A stretch of 64,000 nucleotides of DNA from Patescibacteria group bacterium (GCA_041665545.1 JBAYIQ010000001.1:44-64043), one strand, 5' to 3'. Positions 30,635 to 40,625 are shown, counted from the stretch's first letter. The notes: generated by a model from the sequence alone, not told the origin. Made by a program: numbers and translations.

Positions 30635-31744
30635 ATGGCTGGCACCTTCATTGAATTAAATAGCCGTAATTTGGAACACAACTTACGGCAGTTTAAAAAT
30701 ATAGCGCCCCAGTCCGAATTATGGCCAGTAGTCAAAAGCAATGCTTACGGGCATGGCCTAAAAGAAATTGTTGGCTTATTAAATAATAATCCATTAGTGT
30801 CTGGCTTGCTGGTGGTTAATCTGGAAGAAGCTTTGTTTGTTTCTACTTTGAGTCAGAAGTCGTTGATGGTGTTGAGTTATTTTGATTTTGACGATGAACA
30901 ACTAAAATCAGCTATTGAGAAAAAAATTATTTTGCCTATTTATAACTTTGAGTCATTTGAATATTTACAACAGTTAGCCAAAAAATTAAACAAACAAATT
31001 GCCGTGTCAGTAAAAATAGACAGCGGTACTAATCGTCTGGGTTTCAAAAAAGAGGATGAGCCCCTTGTCTCAGAAATAATGAGTAGTAAATATTTTCAAG
31101 TGCATAGCATCTATACACATTTTGCCGAATCAGAAGCCAGTAATTTGGATTTTACACAACAGCAATTAAAGCAACTCTTGGAATATAAAAAAAAGTATTC
31201 CACGATAAAATTACACGTGGCTTGTTCAGCAGCAGCCATTGGCCTGCCAGAAACTAGGTTGGATATTTTGCGTCTGGGCTTAGCACTTTATGGTCTATGG
31301 CCATCACATTCCAGTCAAACTCGTGGTCAAGAGCAGAAAATGGATCTAAGGCCAATACTATCTTTAAAAACAAAAATTATTCAAATAAAAAACATTGTGG
31401 CTGGCGAAAGCATTGGTTACAACCGTACTTTTGTCGCGGATAGTGATTTAAAGATAGCAGTTTTGCCCATTGGCTACTACGAAGGCCTGCCTAGGTTATT
31501 ATCCAACAATGGCCAAGTGCTGATAAGGGGACAGCGTTGCCAGATCAGAGGCAACATCTGCATGAATCTGAGTATGGTCGAATTAGCAAAGGGCTTAGAC
31601 GCCAAGGTAGGGGACGAGGTAGTGATTATTGGTCAAAGTGGTTCCGAACATATTGGCGCTGAGGAGCTGGCTATCCGCGCTCAGTCTATCAACTATGAAA
31701 TCTTAGCCAGATTAAATCCAAATTTAAAGAGAATAATAGTTTGA
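30635..31744 (+). CDS. alr: Alanine racemase
   Basis: VVKSNAYGHG, R.GLALYG, INYE. Confidence 0.93.
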   Translation: MAGTFIELNSRNLEHNLRQFKNIAPQSELWPVVKSNAYGHGLKEIVGLLNNNPLVSGLLVVNLEEALFVSTLSQKSLMVLSYFDFDDEQLKSAIEKKIILPIYNFESFEYLQQLAKKLNKQIAVSVKIDSGTNRLGFKKEDEPLVSEIMSSKYFQVHSIYTHFAESEASNLDFTQQQLKQLLEYKKKYSTIKLHVACSAAAIGLPETRLDILRLGLALYGLWPSHSSQTRGQEQKMDLRPILSLKTKIIQIKNIVAGESIGYNRTFVADSDLKIAVLPIGYYEGLPRLLSNNGQVLIRGQRCQIRGNICMNLSMVELAKGLDAKVGDEVVIIGQSGSEHIGAEELAIRAQSINYEILARLNPNLKRIIV

Positions 31745-31792
31745 TTATATATAATACGACACAAGGTATAAGTAAATAAAACAATAGGGAAG

Positions 31793-32626
31793 ATGACGAA
31801 CAGCATCAAAACAAATAAACCCTGGCAAAAACATAGTAGCTACAAAGCACATAAACCATATGGCTTGTATTATGACGAGCTAGTAAAAAAAAGACGTAGT
31901 AGTGTTAAGCGTATAATTTATATTATTATTTTTATTTTGATCTTGCAAAGTTTTTTCCAAGCGCCTTTTTTAAGTTTACGCAAAGTTGAATTAAGAGGTA
32001 ATAGTTTCTATAAAGACGAAGAGGTAAAACAATACGTTCAAACTGCCTTGGAAGAGAAAAAGTGGCTATTTTTCCAAAATAATAATTTCTTTCTTTTTAA
32101 AGCCGGGTCTTTGAAGGACCAATTAATCAAGCAATATAATCTTAGCGATGTTAGCATCAAAAAAACTTTTCCCAACAAGCTCAGTATAAATTTTATCGAA
32201 AAGACCTCACAGTTTATCTGGAAAAAGAATGACAGCTATTATTTGATGGACGCCAAGGGTCAGCTCAATGGTCAAATAAACGAGATTAATAATAAATATA
32301 TAATTTTGGCAGACTTCAGGTCATATCAGCCCAAAAACAATGAAAATATCTTTCGTCCTGATGAAATTGAGCTGATTCAGGGCATAATTACCCTGTGGCA
32401 GGAAAAACTAGCCAATATGGTCAAAATAGAGGCCATAAATATAGGGGACGATTGGTCTACTTTTGATATAAAGACCAATTTGAGCTATATAGCCAAAATT
32501 AACCCTCAAGATGATATAAATGCTCAGCTGGAAAATTATCGGCGCATCTTGCTAGAAGGGAATGTAGTGGGTACTGATATAAACTATATTAATCTGCGCT
32601 TTGGTGAAAAAGCATATTTTCAGTAG
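31793..32626 (+). CDS. FtsQ/DivIB-like POTRA protein
   Basis: Single TM, POTRA-like K.FPNKL.I…E, C-terminal YINLRFG. Confidence 0.7.
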   Translation: MTNSIKTNKPWQKHSSYKAHKPYGLYYDELVKKRRSSVKRIIYIIIFILILQSFFQAPFLSLRKVELRGNSFYKDEEVKQYVQTALEEKKWLFFQNNNFFLFKAGSLKDQLIKQYNLSDVSIKKTFPNKLSINFIEKTSQFIWKKNDSYYLMDAKGQLNGQINEINNKYIILADFRSYQPKNNENIFRPDEIELIQGIITLWQEKLANMVKIEAINIGDDWSTFDIKTNLSYIAKINPQDDINAQLENYRRILLEGNVVGTDINYINLRFGEKAYFQ

Positions 32627-32686
32627 AGGAATAGCGCGAGTTTAGTACTCAGAACGGTTTTGATGTTTTAATTAGCCAATATACTA

Positions 32687-32714
32687 ACTGAGTATAATAA
32701 CCCTTACACTCAAT
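32687..32714. other. Putative dif (Xer recombination) site
   Basis: actgagtataa-taaccc-ttacactcaat: 11-6-11 layout, arms 9/11 complementary; upstream of xer at the strand switch. Confidence 0.65.
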
Positions 32715-32743
32715 TTGACATATGCTTTGGTGCTTGCTATCAT
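32715..32743 (+). promoter_or_regulatory. sigma70 promoter of xer, probably leaderless
   Basis: TTGACA-17-(TG)-TATCAT; ATG 6 nt after the -10. Confidence 0.7.
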
Positions 32744-32749
32744 ATATAT

Positions 32750-33703
32750 ATGGCTAAAACAAAAAAATACACTCTTCCCCTCTTGGATGAGTACTTGGAA
32801 AATATCCAGTCCAATAATTATTCTCCGGAGACAGTTTACAACTACGAACGCGACTTAAAAACTTTTGAAGATTTTTTGTCAGCTGATATTAAAAAAGATT
32901 TCTTGAAATTGGATAAACGGGATTTGATCAAATATAAGGCCTACCTCTCTTCTATTGACCGACTGACTGCCTCCCGGAGCTTAGGAGAAAAAAAATTATC
33001 CAGCTATAGCATCAATCGTGTTTTGTCGGCTTTGAGATCTTATTTGAAATTTTTGATTGACATGGATTACAAGACGCCGATCACTGCTGACGCAGTCAAG
33101 CTTCTAAAGACTGAAAAAAAACGCAGTCAAGTACCGGAGATGCTGGAGCTCATAAAATTAATTGAAGCACCAGCCAGATTTGAAACTGATCCACTGATCA
33201 AACTACGCAATCGCGCCATGTTGGAAACTCTGTTTGCTACTGGCATGCGTATTTCAGAATTATTATCTTTGCGTCGTGAGCAACTAGACAATACTGGTCG
33301 CATCTATATCATGGGCAAGGGCAAAAAACAGCGCTTCGTCTATCTGACGCCACGCGCTACTAAACATCTGAAAAATTATTTAGCCAAAAGATTGGATGAT
33401 TCTGTTTTTATGTTTGTCCCCGGTCGTGGCCGAAACAATCCTCAGAAAAATAAAAAATTATCGGCCAATTATTTACAATACAAAATAAAAAGATACCGTG
33501 AGTTGTTGTTTATCAACATTCCAGTTTCAGCGCACTCACTGCGTCATGGTTTTGCTACCTATCTAGCTGAGAATGGCGCTAATCCAGCGGCCATCCAAAT
33601 ACTACTGGGCCACGAGTCATTGGACACTACTACGCGCTATGTGCATGCTTCAGATAAATACGCTGAAAAAGTGCATACTAAATTTCACCCCCTGAAAAAT
33701 TGA
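32750..33703 (+). CDS. XerC/D-family tyrosine recombinase
   Basis: TGMRISEL, GKG.KQR, HSLRH, LGH…TT.Y catalytic motifs. Confidence 0.93.
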   Translation: MAKTKKYTLPLLDEYLENIQSNNYSPETVYNYERDLKTFEDFLSADIKKDFLKLDKRDLIKYKAYLSSIDRLTASRSLGEKKLSSYSINRVLSALRSYLKFLIDMDYKTPITADAVKLLKTEKKRSQVPEMLELIKLIEAPARFETDPLIKLRNRAMLETLFATGMRISELLSLRREQLDNTGRIYIMGKGKKQRFVYLTPRATKHLKNYLAKRLDDSVFMFVPGRGRNNPQKNKKLSANYLQYKIKRYRELLFINIPVSAHSLRHGFATYLAENGANPAAIQILLGHESLDTTTRYVHASDKYAEKVHTKFHPLKN

Positions 33704-33727
33704 CTTAAAAATTGAATATTTTTTTAC

Positions 33728-33773
33728 TTATCCACAAGGCATGACTTGACGCAATTTATATATATGATATTAT
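33728..33773 (+). promoter_or_regulatory. DnaA-box consensus followed by a sigma70 promoter
   Basis: TTATCCACA at 33728-33736; TTGACG-16-(TG)-TATTAT at 33746-33773. Confidence 0.5.
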
Positions 33774-33779
33774 GAATAT

Positions 33780-33922
33780 GCAAACGAAGCTTCGGCCTAG
33801 TTTGCGAGAACCGGTGCCAGGACAGGCACACCCCCTTCACCTCGCATACCTCGCGGTGGCGAATCGGGACTCTGTCCCACCCCTTCTCCGGCCGTCTCCC
33901 TCGTGGATACGGTCCTTTTTTT
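33780..33922 (+). ncRNA. Putative structured small RNA of about 140 nt
   Basis: Promoter, several hairpins, terminator ggccgt…acggtcc-T tract; no credible ORF. Confidence 0.5.
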
Positions 33923-33968
33923 ATTTTTAATATTTTCTAACAAACAAAAAAATACCACCAACACCAAC

Positions 33969-34067
33969 GTCATTGCGAGGAGCCACCAACTGGTGGCGAC
34001 GAAGCAATCCACTAGCTGGTAGATTGCCACGCTCCGTCGAGCCGAGCTCGACGGGGCTCGCAATGAC
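33969..34067. repeat. Large palindromic REP/RPE-like element
   Basis: gtcattgcgag…gcaatc…gattgc…ctcgcaatgac terminal inverted repeat. Confidence 0.8.
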
Positions 34068-34092
34068 AAGGAATAATTAGCGGTTTTTTTAT

Positions 34093-34119
34093 TTAAGGTA
34101 AATAATTTAAAGCATCGAC
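34093..34119 (-). repeat. Exact 27-bp copy of the 3' end of the M23 gene (34189-34215)
   Basis: ttaaggtaaataatttaaagcatcgac present twice. Confidence 0.9.
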
Positions 34120-34153
34120 CCCTCGGCCATGCTCGGGGTCTTCGCTCGAACAA

Positions 34154-34181
34154 AAAAATACCCCCAGATGGGGGTATTTTT
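34154..34181. terminator. Intrinsic terminator after the M23 gene
   Basis: aaaaataccccc-agat-gggggtattttt. Confidence 0.8.
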
Positions 34182-34188
34182 ATAGTAA

Positions 34189-35448
34189 TTAAGGTAAATA
34201 ATTTAAAGCATCGACTGGCACACCATTGAGACGGATTTCTAAGTGCAAATGCGGACCAGTAGATAAGGGGCCTGCGCCACGAGTGCCAGGCATACCACCA
34301 GAATAGCCAATAACTTGACCCTTGGTCACAAATTGTTCTGATTCAACGCTGATTTGATTGACGTGGCCATAGACACTGGACAAGCCGTCAGCGTGCACGA
34401 TCATAATATAGCTGTAGCCAGTTTTGCCACCGTCTTTGACCTTGGCCACATAGCCGGATTGTACAGCTTTGATAGGCGTACCTTGAGCCGCAGCAATATC
34501 AATGGCCGGGTGTTCAAATACATAGCGGAAAGGATAATCAGGATCATGAAAGTAAGCCGTGATAGTGCGTGAGCCCACTGGCCAAGAAAGCCCCGGAGAA
34601 GCTGTGTCTTCCTGTTTTTTTTGCAACTCCCTATTTAATTTTTCGCGGGCAATTTTTTCTAAGTAGACTATATCAGAATTGGCTTGGCTTTGTTCGGCCT
34701 TGGCTTGCTTTAAGAGCTCTTCAAATTTGGCCTGCTGTCCTTGAGTTAATTTAACTAATTGGGCTTTGGTATTTTTTTGCTCGTCCAATGCCCCCTTCTT
34801 ATTATCCAAAATATTTTTTAAAGCATCCAGCTCAGTGCGGTTGTTTTCTAGGTCTGCCTGGTCATTGACCATGGCCATTTTGACAGTTTTCAAATCATTG
34901 ACTTGCAACACCACTAGATCCTGCATTTTTTCTAGCTGATCAACTTGATTCATGAAGTCACTGAAATTTTCATTGATTACCAAAATTTCCAAGAGACTAC
35001 TCTGCTGTTGTTCTTGGTGCAGAGAACGAAGTATTTCAGCTACATTTTCTTTGAGGTCAGCAATCTCCCGCTCTTTGGCTTGAATTTTTAACTCGGTATT
35101 TTCGATTTTCAAGTTAGCTGTTTCTATTTCTAAACCCGCGGCTTTGATTTCCAAGTTAATTTTGGCAATATTGGAATTCAAAATACTTAATTGAGCTGAT
35201 AATTCACCAATTTCATCTTTTTTGGCCGCCACATTTTTTTCATAAATGGTCATTTGCTTTTTCAGCTCATCAATCTGGGCTCTTTTGTCATTGATGTCTT
35301 GGTTGATCTGCCAGCTATCTACTTTGTCCAAGTTGTCCAAGGTATACTCAACAGCAATACTATGCTTGATAAACAAAAACAAGCCCAAAAAGCTCAGGCC
35401 GATAAAAAATATGGTTAATTTTTTTTGTTTTGGTGTTTTGACAAGCAT
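34189..35448 (-). CDS. Coiled-coil M23 peptidase (EnvC/CwlO-like)
   Basis: Long coiled coil; H.AID, YGH, STGPHLHLE. Confidence 0.9.
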   Translation of the reverse strand: MLVKTPKQKKLTIFFIGLSFLGLFLFIKHSIAVEYTLDNLDKVDSWQINQDINDKRAQIDELKKQMTIYEKNVAAKKDEIGELSAQLSILNSNIAKINLEIKAAGLEIETANLKIENTELKIQAKEREIADLKENVAEILRSLHQEQQQSSLLEILVINENFSDFMNQVDQLEKMQDLVVLQVNDLKTVKMAMVNDQADLENNRTELDALKNILDNKKGALDEQKNTKAQLVKLTQGQQAKFEELLKQAKAEQSQANSDIVYLEKIAREKLNRELQKKQEDTASPGLSWPVGSRTITAYFHDPDYPFRYVFEHPAIDIAAAQGTPIKAVQSGYVAKVKDGGKTGYSYIMIVHADGLSSVYGHVNQISVESEQFVTKGQVIGYSGGMPGTRGAGPLSTGPHLHLEIRLNGVPVDALNYLP

Positions 35449-35555
35449 TATTATGTTGACAACTATTATATTATATCATATTTTATGATTTTTTGCAAGG
35501 ACGAAAGTATTTTTCTTCGCCTTATATATAGTGTTGGGCGATGTAATAAAAATAT

Positions 35556-36188
35556 CTATTCTGGATCAGGATTTTTACAATATTTTGTTTCCACAGTATA
35601 TGATTTTGAATCCTCTAAATCATCGACCGTGAATCTCTCCTGACAAAATTTTTCTGCTAATGCATAAACCTTGTTAATTTTCGATTTATCTCCTTCAATG
35701 ATTACAACCGGTTCTCTATACACGGTATATTCATCGTTATATAAGAAACCAGCAGAGTAAATTTCTCCTTCGCATAAATCGAACTCACCACCCAATTCAC
35801 TTTTTACTTCTTCTATAGTATGAATCTTGTTATCCTTGCCATAACCCTCTAGTAAACCAAGGACTATCCTAAAACGAGGTTCTTCTACTTTTTGTTGTTC
35901 GCTGGTTTCGATACCAAGTTTTTTTGCTAGAACATCAGTACTAGCTCGGCATTCTTCTATGGAGGGGACGCCATATTTTTTTCGGGGGTACCTAGTTCTT
36001 ATGTAAAGAGTCTTTTCTGTTATTTTGAAGCCTAAAAAATTTTGTCCAGTTTCAGTTACAGTTTCTCTCATTTTATTATCAAAATCACCATCTGGTATGG
36101 CATCTAAAGGCATAGAAGTAGACCAATGATCTATTGGTTTTAATTCCCTAAATTCTGGATTCTGTGTGATCTGTTCTGGTGTTTTCAT
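35556..36188 (-). CDS. Hypothetical protein
   Basis: 210-aa ORF. Confidence 0.65.
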   Translation of the reverse strand: MKTPEQITQNPEFRELKPIDHWSTSMPLDAIPDGDFDNKMRETVTETGQNFLGFKITEKTLYIRTRYPRKKYGVPSIEECRASTDVLAKKLGIETSEQQKVEEPRFRIVLGLLEGYGKDNKIHTIEEVKSELGGEFDLCEGEIYSAGFLYNDEYTVYREPVVIIEGDKSKINKVYALAEKFCQERFTVDDLEDSKSYTVETKYCKNPDPE

Positions 36189-36381
36189 ATAGTATTATTT
36201 CGTTTACTTTTTTAAAACTTTTTTGTGAAACATAACCCCCCTCTTCGTCTGAGGCGAGATTATATTCGTCTAAAATTCTATCAACGGTAAAATATTTAGC
36301 ACCAATTATTTTTGCTAATTTTTTAGAAATTGTGGATTTTCCACAACCTAGCGGGCCTCTGATTATAATGTAGTAGCTCAT
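36148..36381 (-). pseudogene. Truncated P-loop kinase (AAA_33-like) 5' fragment
   Basis: IIIRGPLGCGKST Walker A; runs into the next gene after about 64 aa. Confidence 0.65.
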
Positions 36382-36397
36382 ATAGTTGGACGATGTG

Positions 36398-36979
36398 TCA
36401 TGAGTTTTCCTCAGCACTTGGCAGATTGATAAAATTTTTCCCGAGTTTTTCATTCTCCGATTTTTGTTTGCGCAGTATAGCTAAACCATGGTCGCTTGAG
36501 GAGCGAATCGCTTCTAAGGTTTCAGGGTCGACAAAATAAACTTGAACACCATGGCTTAGCATGGCTTCAAGTGCAGAATCGAATTCAATTTTGTCACTTG
36601 GTTTAACTTTAACATTATTAGTCCATTCATCCCTATGTTCCTCATTGGTAACATTAAAACCCTCCGGTGGTAATGTATAGATAGCCCCACCCTTGTCAGC
36701 GGCAAGAAAACGCTCTCGATCACTAATAATCATTAAATGAACACCATTAATAGTATTTTTTTGTGTCCAGCTATGATCAACTGGCACAAGGAACATGCTT
36801 GATCTACCGAGGTCTGAAGTAGCAAATATGACTGGTCCTTCTTTTGGCTCACGGACTGATTCGGCGCGTGGCTCAAATTCGGTAATATCACGTCGAACTG
36901 AAGCATGATACAAAATTGGTGGCCTTTCTTTTTCTCGAGAAGGTTCATTGGTGGGAAAATTTTGTTCAAATTTGTTCAT
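36398..36979 (-). CDS. Hypothetical protein
   Basis: 193-aa ORF with LYHAS…FEPR. Confidence 0.65.
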   Translation of the reverse strand: MNKFEQNFPTNEPSREKERPPILYHASVRRDITEFEPRAESVREPKEGPVIFATSDLGRSSMFLVPVDHSWTQKNTINGVHLMIISDRERFLAADKGGAIYTLPPEGFNVTNEEHRDEWTNNVKVKPSDKIEFDSALEAMLSHGVQVYFVDPETLEAIRSSSDHGLAILRKQKSENEKLGKNFINLPSAEENS

Positions 36980-37868
36980 AAATTTTATTTTTTAACAAGA
37001 ATTCCTCAGTCTTTTTTATGCCGTGTCTATATAAATTTAGTAATTCGTTTTTACTATCACATAAATTATGGATATCTATATCACTAGCGATATAGAGCAC
37101 ATTGGGATTTTTTAGTATTTTTTTGAGTTTATAGTATTCCAAAATGTCATTTTTGTTAAAAATTATGGAGAATTTTTTTAGATACAATGCTGATAAAATT
37201 GACCACAAAAAATTTGAAAAAATACTTTTGGCATACACACGAAAATTAATTGGTTTATTAAATATTAATATAAAAATTTTGTCTTGGTGTAATTCTATTT
37301 GTTTTATTAGATAGTTATCAAATTTATTTGATAAGCTGTCATTATCAGCATAAATTTCCTCTCCAATTTTAACAGTTTTAGGATAAAAAGGTATTATTGC
37401 CGAAGAAGCTTGAATTTTTTTCAAAGTGTTTTCAACTCCCTTTAAATATTCGGCTTTATCTTTTTTAAGGTTAAAAACTTTTATGAAAAAATTAATTTCG
37501 GAATCGTTAATTAAATCTACTTTAAGTTTTTTTGTTGTTTTTTCTAAATTAATTAAATAGTCAATGTCTATTACGTGTTCAATTTTTTGTTTTTTAAAGG
37601 CATTAAAGATTAATTGTCTTAAAAAAATTCCAAATTTATTTTTATGAATAAACTTTTTTTCAATTAAATCTTCATAGTAGATAGTCGATCCTCTGGGGGC
37701 GTCTTTTGTCAGAAAAAAGGCAGCATTATGGGCTCCGGCCGATATACCGTAGACACTTTCAATTTTATGGTAAATATTGGCTTCTTGTAATGCGGAAGCC
37801 ACGCCTGCGCCAAATACACCATTCATTGTGCCACCGTTAAAGATGAAGATTAGGTTTCTTTTTTGCAT
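36966..37868 (-). CDS. Patatin-like phospholipase
   Basis: GGTMNGVF and GISAG motifs. Confidence 0.8.
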   Translation of the reverse strand: MQKRNLIFIFNGGTMNGVFGAGVASALQEANIYHKIESVYGISAGAHNAAFFLTKDAPRGSTIYYEDLIEKKFIHKNKFGIFLRQLIFNAFKKQKIEHVIDIDYLINLEKTTKKLKVDLINDSEINFFIKVFNLKKDKAEYLKGVENTLKKIQASSAIIPFYPKTVKIGEEIYADNDSLSNKFDNYLIKQIELHQDKIFILIFNKPINFRVYAKSIFSNFLWSILSALYLKKFSIIFNKNDILEYYKLKKILKNPNVLYIASDIDIHNLCDSKNELLNLYRHGIKKTEEFLLKNKIYEQI

Positions 37869-37874
37869 ATCAAT

Positions 37875-39359
37875 CTACACCCTCCCAATCCCCAAACCAA
37901 TTCTCCTCAAACTCTCCTCTTTGCCAAGAACTGCCAATATTTCAGCCGGAGACGGGCTTTTTTCTAGGCCCGATAAAGATACCCGGATAGGCCAGAAAAC
38001 ATCACCAGGAGCCAAATTTTGGGCTTTGACAAGCTGTTCTAGGGCCTTATTTAGTGTATTCGTGGTCCAATCCTTGGCTTTTAGGCCTTCTAGTAAGTTT
38101 TTGGCGCTTTCTAATCCTTGTTTGGTTTTTGTTTGGTCACTTTTTTTGAAAATCAACATATCACGAGGATACTCTGGTAGTGTGAAAATAAAACTACTCA
38201 AATCTTTTATTTCCGCTAAATAATTTAGTCGAGCGCTAAAAAGTTTTAATAAATCCTCTACTTTGTCTTGATGATCAGGCAAAAACTTTTTTGTCTCCTC
38301 TACTAATATCTGATAGCGTTTTTTATTTTCAGTAACAATATTTTTTATATAATGACTGTTTAGCCATTGTAATTTTTTGAGATCAAAAACTGCTCCAGAT
38401 TTATTTATTTTTTCTAAAGAGAAATTTTTGACCAATTGATCTAAAGAAAAAATTTCTTGATCAGTGCCAGGATTCCAACCCAAGAGAGCCACATAATTTA
38501 ACAAGGCCTCCACTAGATATCCTTTGGCTAGAAAATCTTCGACTGCGACATCGCCTTGACGCTTGGAGAGCTTTGATTTGTCTGGATTGAGTATCAAGGG
38601 CAAGTGCACATAGATCGGCAAATCATAGCCTAAAGATCGAAATAGCAAAACGTGCTTGGGCAATGATGGTAGCCACTCTTCTCCTCTGATGACATGAGAA
38701 ATTTTCATAGTATGATCATCTACGGGATGAGCAAGATGATAAGTAGGAAAGCCGTCGGATTTTAGAATAACAAAATCATCCAAATCCTGACTTTTGACCT
38801 TGATGTGGCCATAGATAAGATCGTCGGCTTCCACCACTGTGTCATTGGGAATTTTAAACCTTATAACAGCAGATTCTCCGGCTTTGATTTTGGCCAAAGC
38901 TTCTGTTTTGTCTAAACTTCGACAATGGCCATCATATTTAGGCACCTGTTTTTTTGCCAGCTTATCTTCACGCAACTTGGTCAAGCGTTCTGGTGAACAA
39001 AAACAATAATAAGCTTTATCTTGCTTGATCAATTCTTGAGCAGTTGCTTGGTACAAATCCAAACGCTGGGATTGAATGTATGGTCCGTATTTGCCACTAT
39101 CTTGGACTTGTTTATTTTTATCCAAAATTACTCCTTCGTCAGGTGTTAGGCCAACTTTATTGAGCACAGTGATCAGCCCTTCAATAGCTCCTTTGACTTC
39201 GCGAGTCTGATCAGTATCCTCTAGGCGTAACACAAAAACGCCTTTATTCTTTTTGGCTGTCAGATAGGCAAACAAAGCCGTGCGTAGGCCACCGATATGC
39301 AGATAGCCAGTGGGGCTAGGCGCAAATCTAGTTCTAATATTATTTTTGGGTTTTGGCAT
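37875..39359 (-). CDS. gltX: Glutamate--tRNA ligase
   Basis: RFAPSPTGYLHIGG, KLSKR. Confidence 0.96.
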   Translation of the reverse strand: MPKPKNNIRTRFAPSPTGYLHIGGLRTALFAYLTAKKNKGVFVLRLEDTDQTREVKGAIEGLITVLNKVGLTPDEGVILDKNKQVQDSGKYGPYIQSQRLDLYQATAQELIKQDKAYYCFCSPERLTKLREDKLAKKQVPKYDGHCRSLDKTEALAKIKAGESAVIRFKIPNDTVVEADDLIYGHIKVKSQDLDDFVILKSDGFPTYHLAHPVDDHTMKISHVIRGEEWLPSLPKHVLLFRSLGYDLPIYVHLPLILNPDKSKLSKRQGDVAVEDFLAKGYLVEALLNYVALLGWNPGTDQEIFSLDQLVKNFSLEKINKSGAVFDLKKLQWLNSHYIKNIVTENKKRYQILVEETKKFLPDHQDKVEDLLKLFSARLNYLAEIKDLSSFIFTLPEYPRDMLIFKKSDQTKTKQGLESAKNLLEGLKAKDWTTNTLNKALEQLVKAQNLAPGDVFWPIRVSLSGLEKSPSPAEILAVLGKEESLRRIGLGIGRV

Positions 39360-40077
39360 ATTTATATTTTAAAACATTATAATAAAAAACGAAAATCGAG
39401 CGATAAATTCTTTTTATTCTTTTGGGTTGCTTCAGGAGGCGCCAGAGCCATTCCAAACCCAAGCTGCGCATAATTTTGGGGGCTCTCTTAATAGCGCCTG
39501 ATACAAAATCTACTGCGCCACCTACACCGACAGCCAGACGGACACTGGGCATTTTGCTCAAATTTTCATAGAGCCACAAATCTTGCTTGGGTGCGCCCAT
39601 GGTAGTCAGGATGATTGTCGGCTTGTACATATTGGCCAACAAGACGCTATTATTTTCATCGCCTATTTTAAAACGCAATTTGGGAAATTGTCGCTCTAAA
39701 ACTGGTCTTAATTTTTCTTCGTTAGTCAAACCATGACTATAAAGACAAAATAATACTTTAGCATCGTTGAAAATAGCCAGATCAATTAGCTTGTAAATCA
39801 ATTTGGCGCCAGTCAGCCGATCATCAATAGAAATATCATGACCCAAAAATTGCAAAGCATGAATTATGCCAGTGCCGTCAATAGTTGATAAACTAGCTTC
39901 ATTTATAATCTGGGCAAATAAATTATTTTTTTTGGCCGTCAAGATAAACTCGGGGTTGACAGTGACTATCTGGTGCTGGGTATCAGAGCTTAAAAAAGAT
40001 TGTAAAAGCTCCCGCAATTTTAGATCAGGAATTTTTTGAACCTTGATGTTGAAAAGTTGGTAATCTACTACATTCAT
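39340..40077 (-). CDS. WecB/TagA/CpsF glycosyltransferase
   Basis: TVNPE, GAPKQD, GVGG, LEWLWRL. Confidence 0.9.
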   Translation of the reverse strand: MNVVDYQLFNIKVQKIPDLKLRELLQSFLSSDTQHQIVTVNPEFILTAKKNNLFAQIINEASLSTIDGTGIIHALQFLGHDISIDDRLTGAKLIYKLIDLAIFNDAKVLFCLYSHGLTNEEKLRPVLERQFPKLRFKIGDENNSVLLANMYKPTIILTTMGAPKQDLWLYENLSKMPSVRLAVGVGGAVDFVSGAIKRAPKIMRSLGLEWLWRLLKQPKRIKRIYRSIFVFYYNVLKYKYAKTQK

Positions 40078-40625
40078 AATTCAAAATCTTGTAAGGTGGT
40101 ATAAATTGGTCCGCGAGGAGTTAATTCACTTTGCATTAAACTAAAATAACTAGCTGAGAAAAAATTGTTTGTTTTCCAAGTAGCCAAAGAAGCTAATTCG
40201 GCTGGCTCTACTCTTTTTTTTATTCTGGCTAGCGTCAGGTGTGGATTAAATTTTCGACTTTCCAGGTTGGCAAGTCCAGCTGAAAATAAAGCTTGCTCAA
40301 TAGCATTATAAAGATTTGATAGCTCTTGGTTGGCTTGTAGGCGCATAGAAATCACTTCGGGATGATTGAGAGGTGTGACCATGACCTGCTCCAAAGTCAA
40401 ATCAAGACCTTGGCCAGTAGTTTTGATTGATTCCAAAGTCGAAATAATTTCTGGTAGCTTGTCTAAGGGAACAGCGCTAAAAAATTTTAGGGTAATATGC
40501 ATTTGTTCGGGCAAAACCAAGCGCATACTATCCCAAGGCAGATCAAGAGCTGTAAATTGCTTGTGGATTTTTTTGGCCAAGCCAATATCCACTGGCACGC
40601 TTATAAACAATCGTAAATATTCCAT
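40074..40625 (-). CDS. thpR: RNA 2',3'-cyclic phosphodiesterase (2H family)
   Basis: HITLKF and PHLTLAR motifs. Confidence 0.88.
   Translation of the reverse strand: MEYLRLFISVPVDIGLAKKIHKQFTALDLPWDSMRLVLPEQMHITLKFFSAVPLDKLPEIISTLESIKTTGQGLDLTLEQVMVTPLNHPEVISMRLQANQELSNLYNAIEQALFSAGLANLESRKFNPHLTLARIKKRVEPAELASLATWKTNNFFSASYFSLMQSELTPRGPIYTTLQDFEL

Noticed and set aside
33797-34153. 118-aa - strand ORF
   Set aside because: Spans palindromic repeats and the antisense of the putative RNA; TTG start and no recognisable domain.
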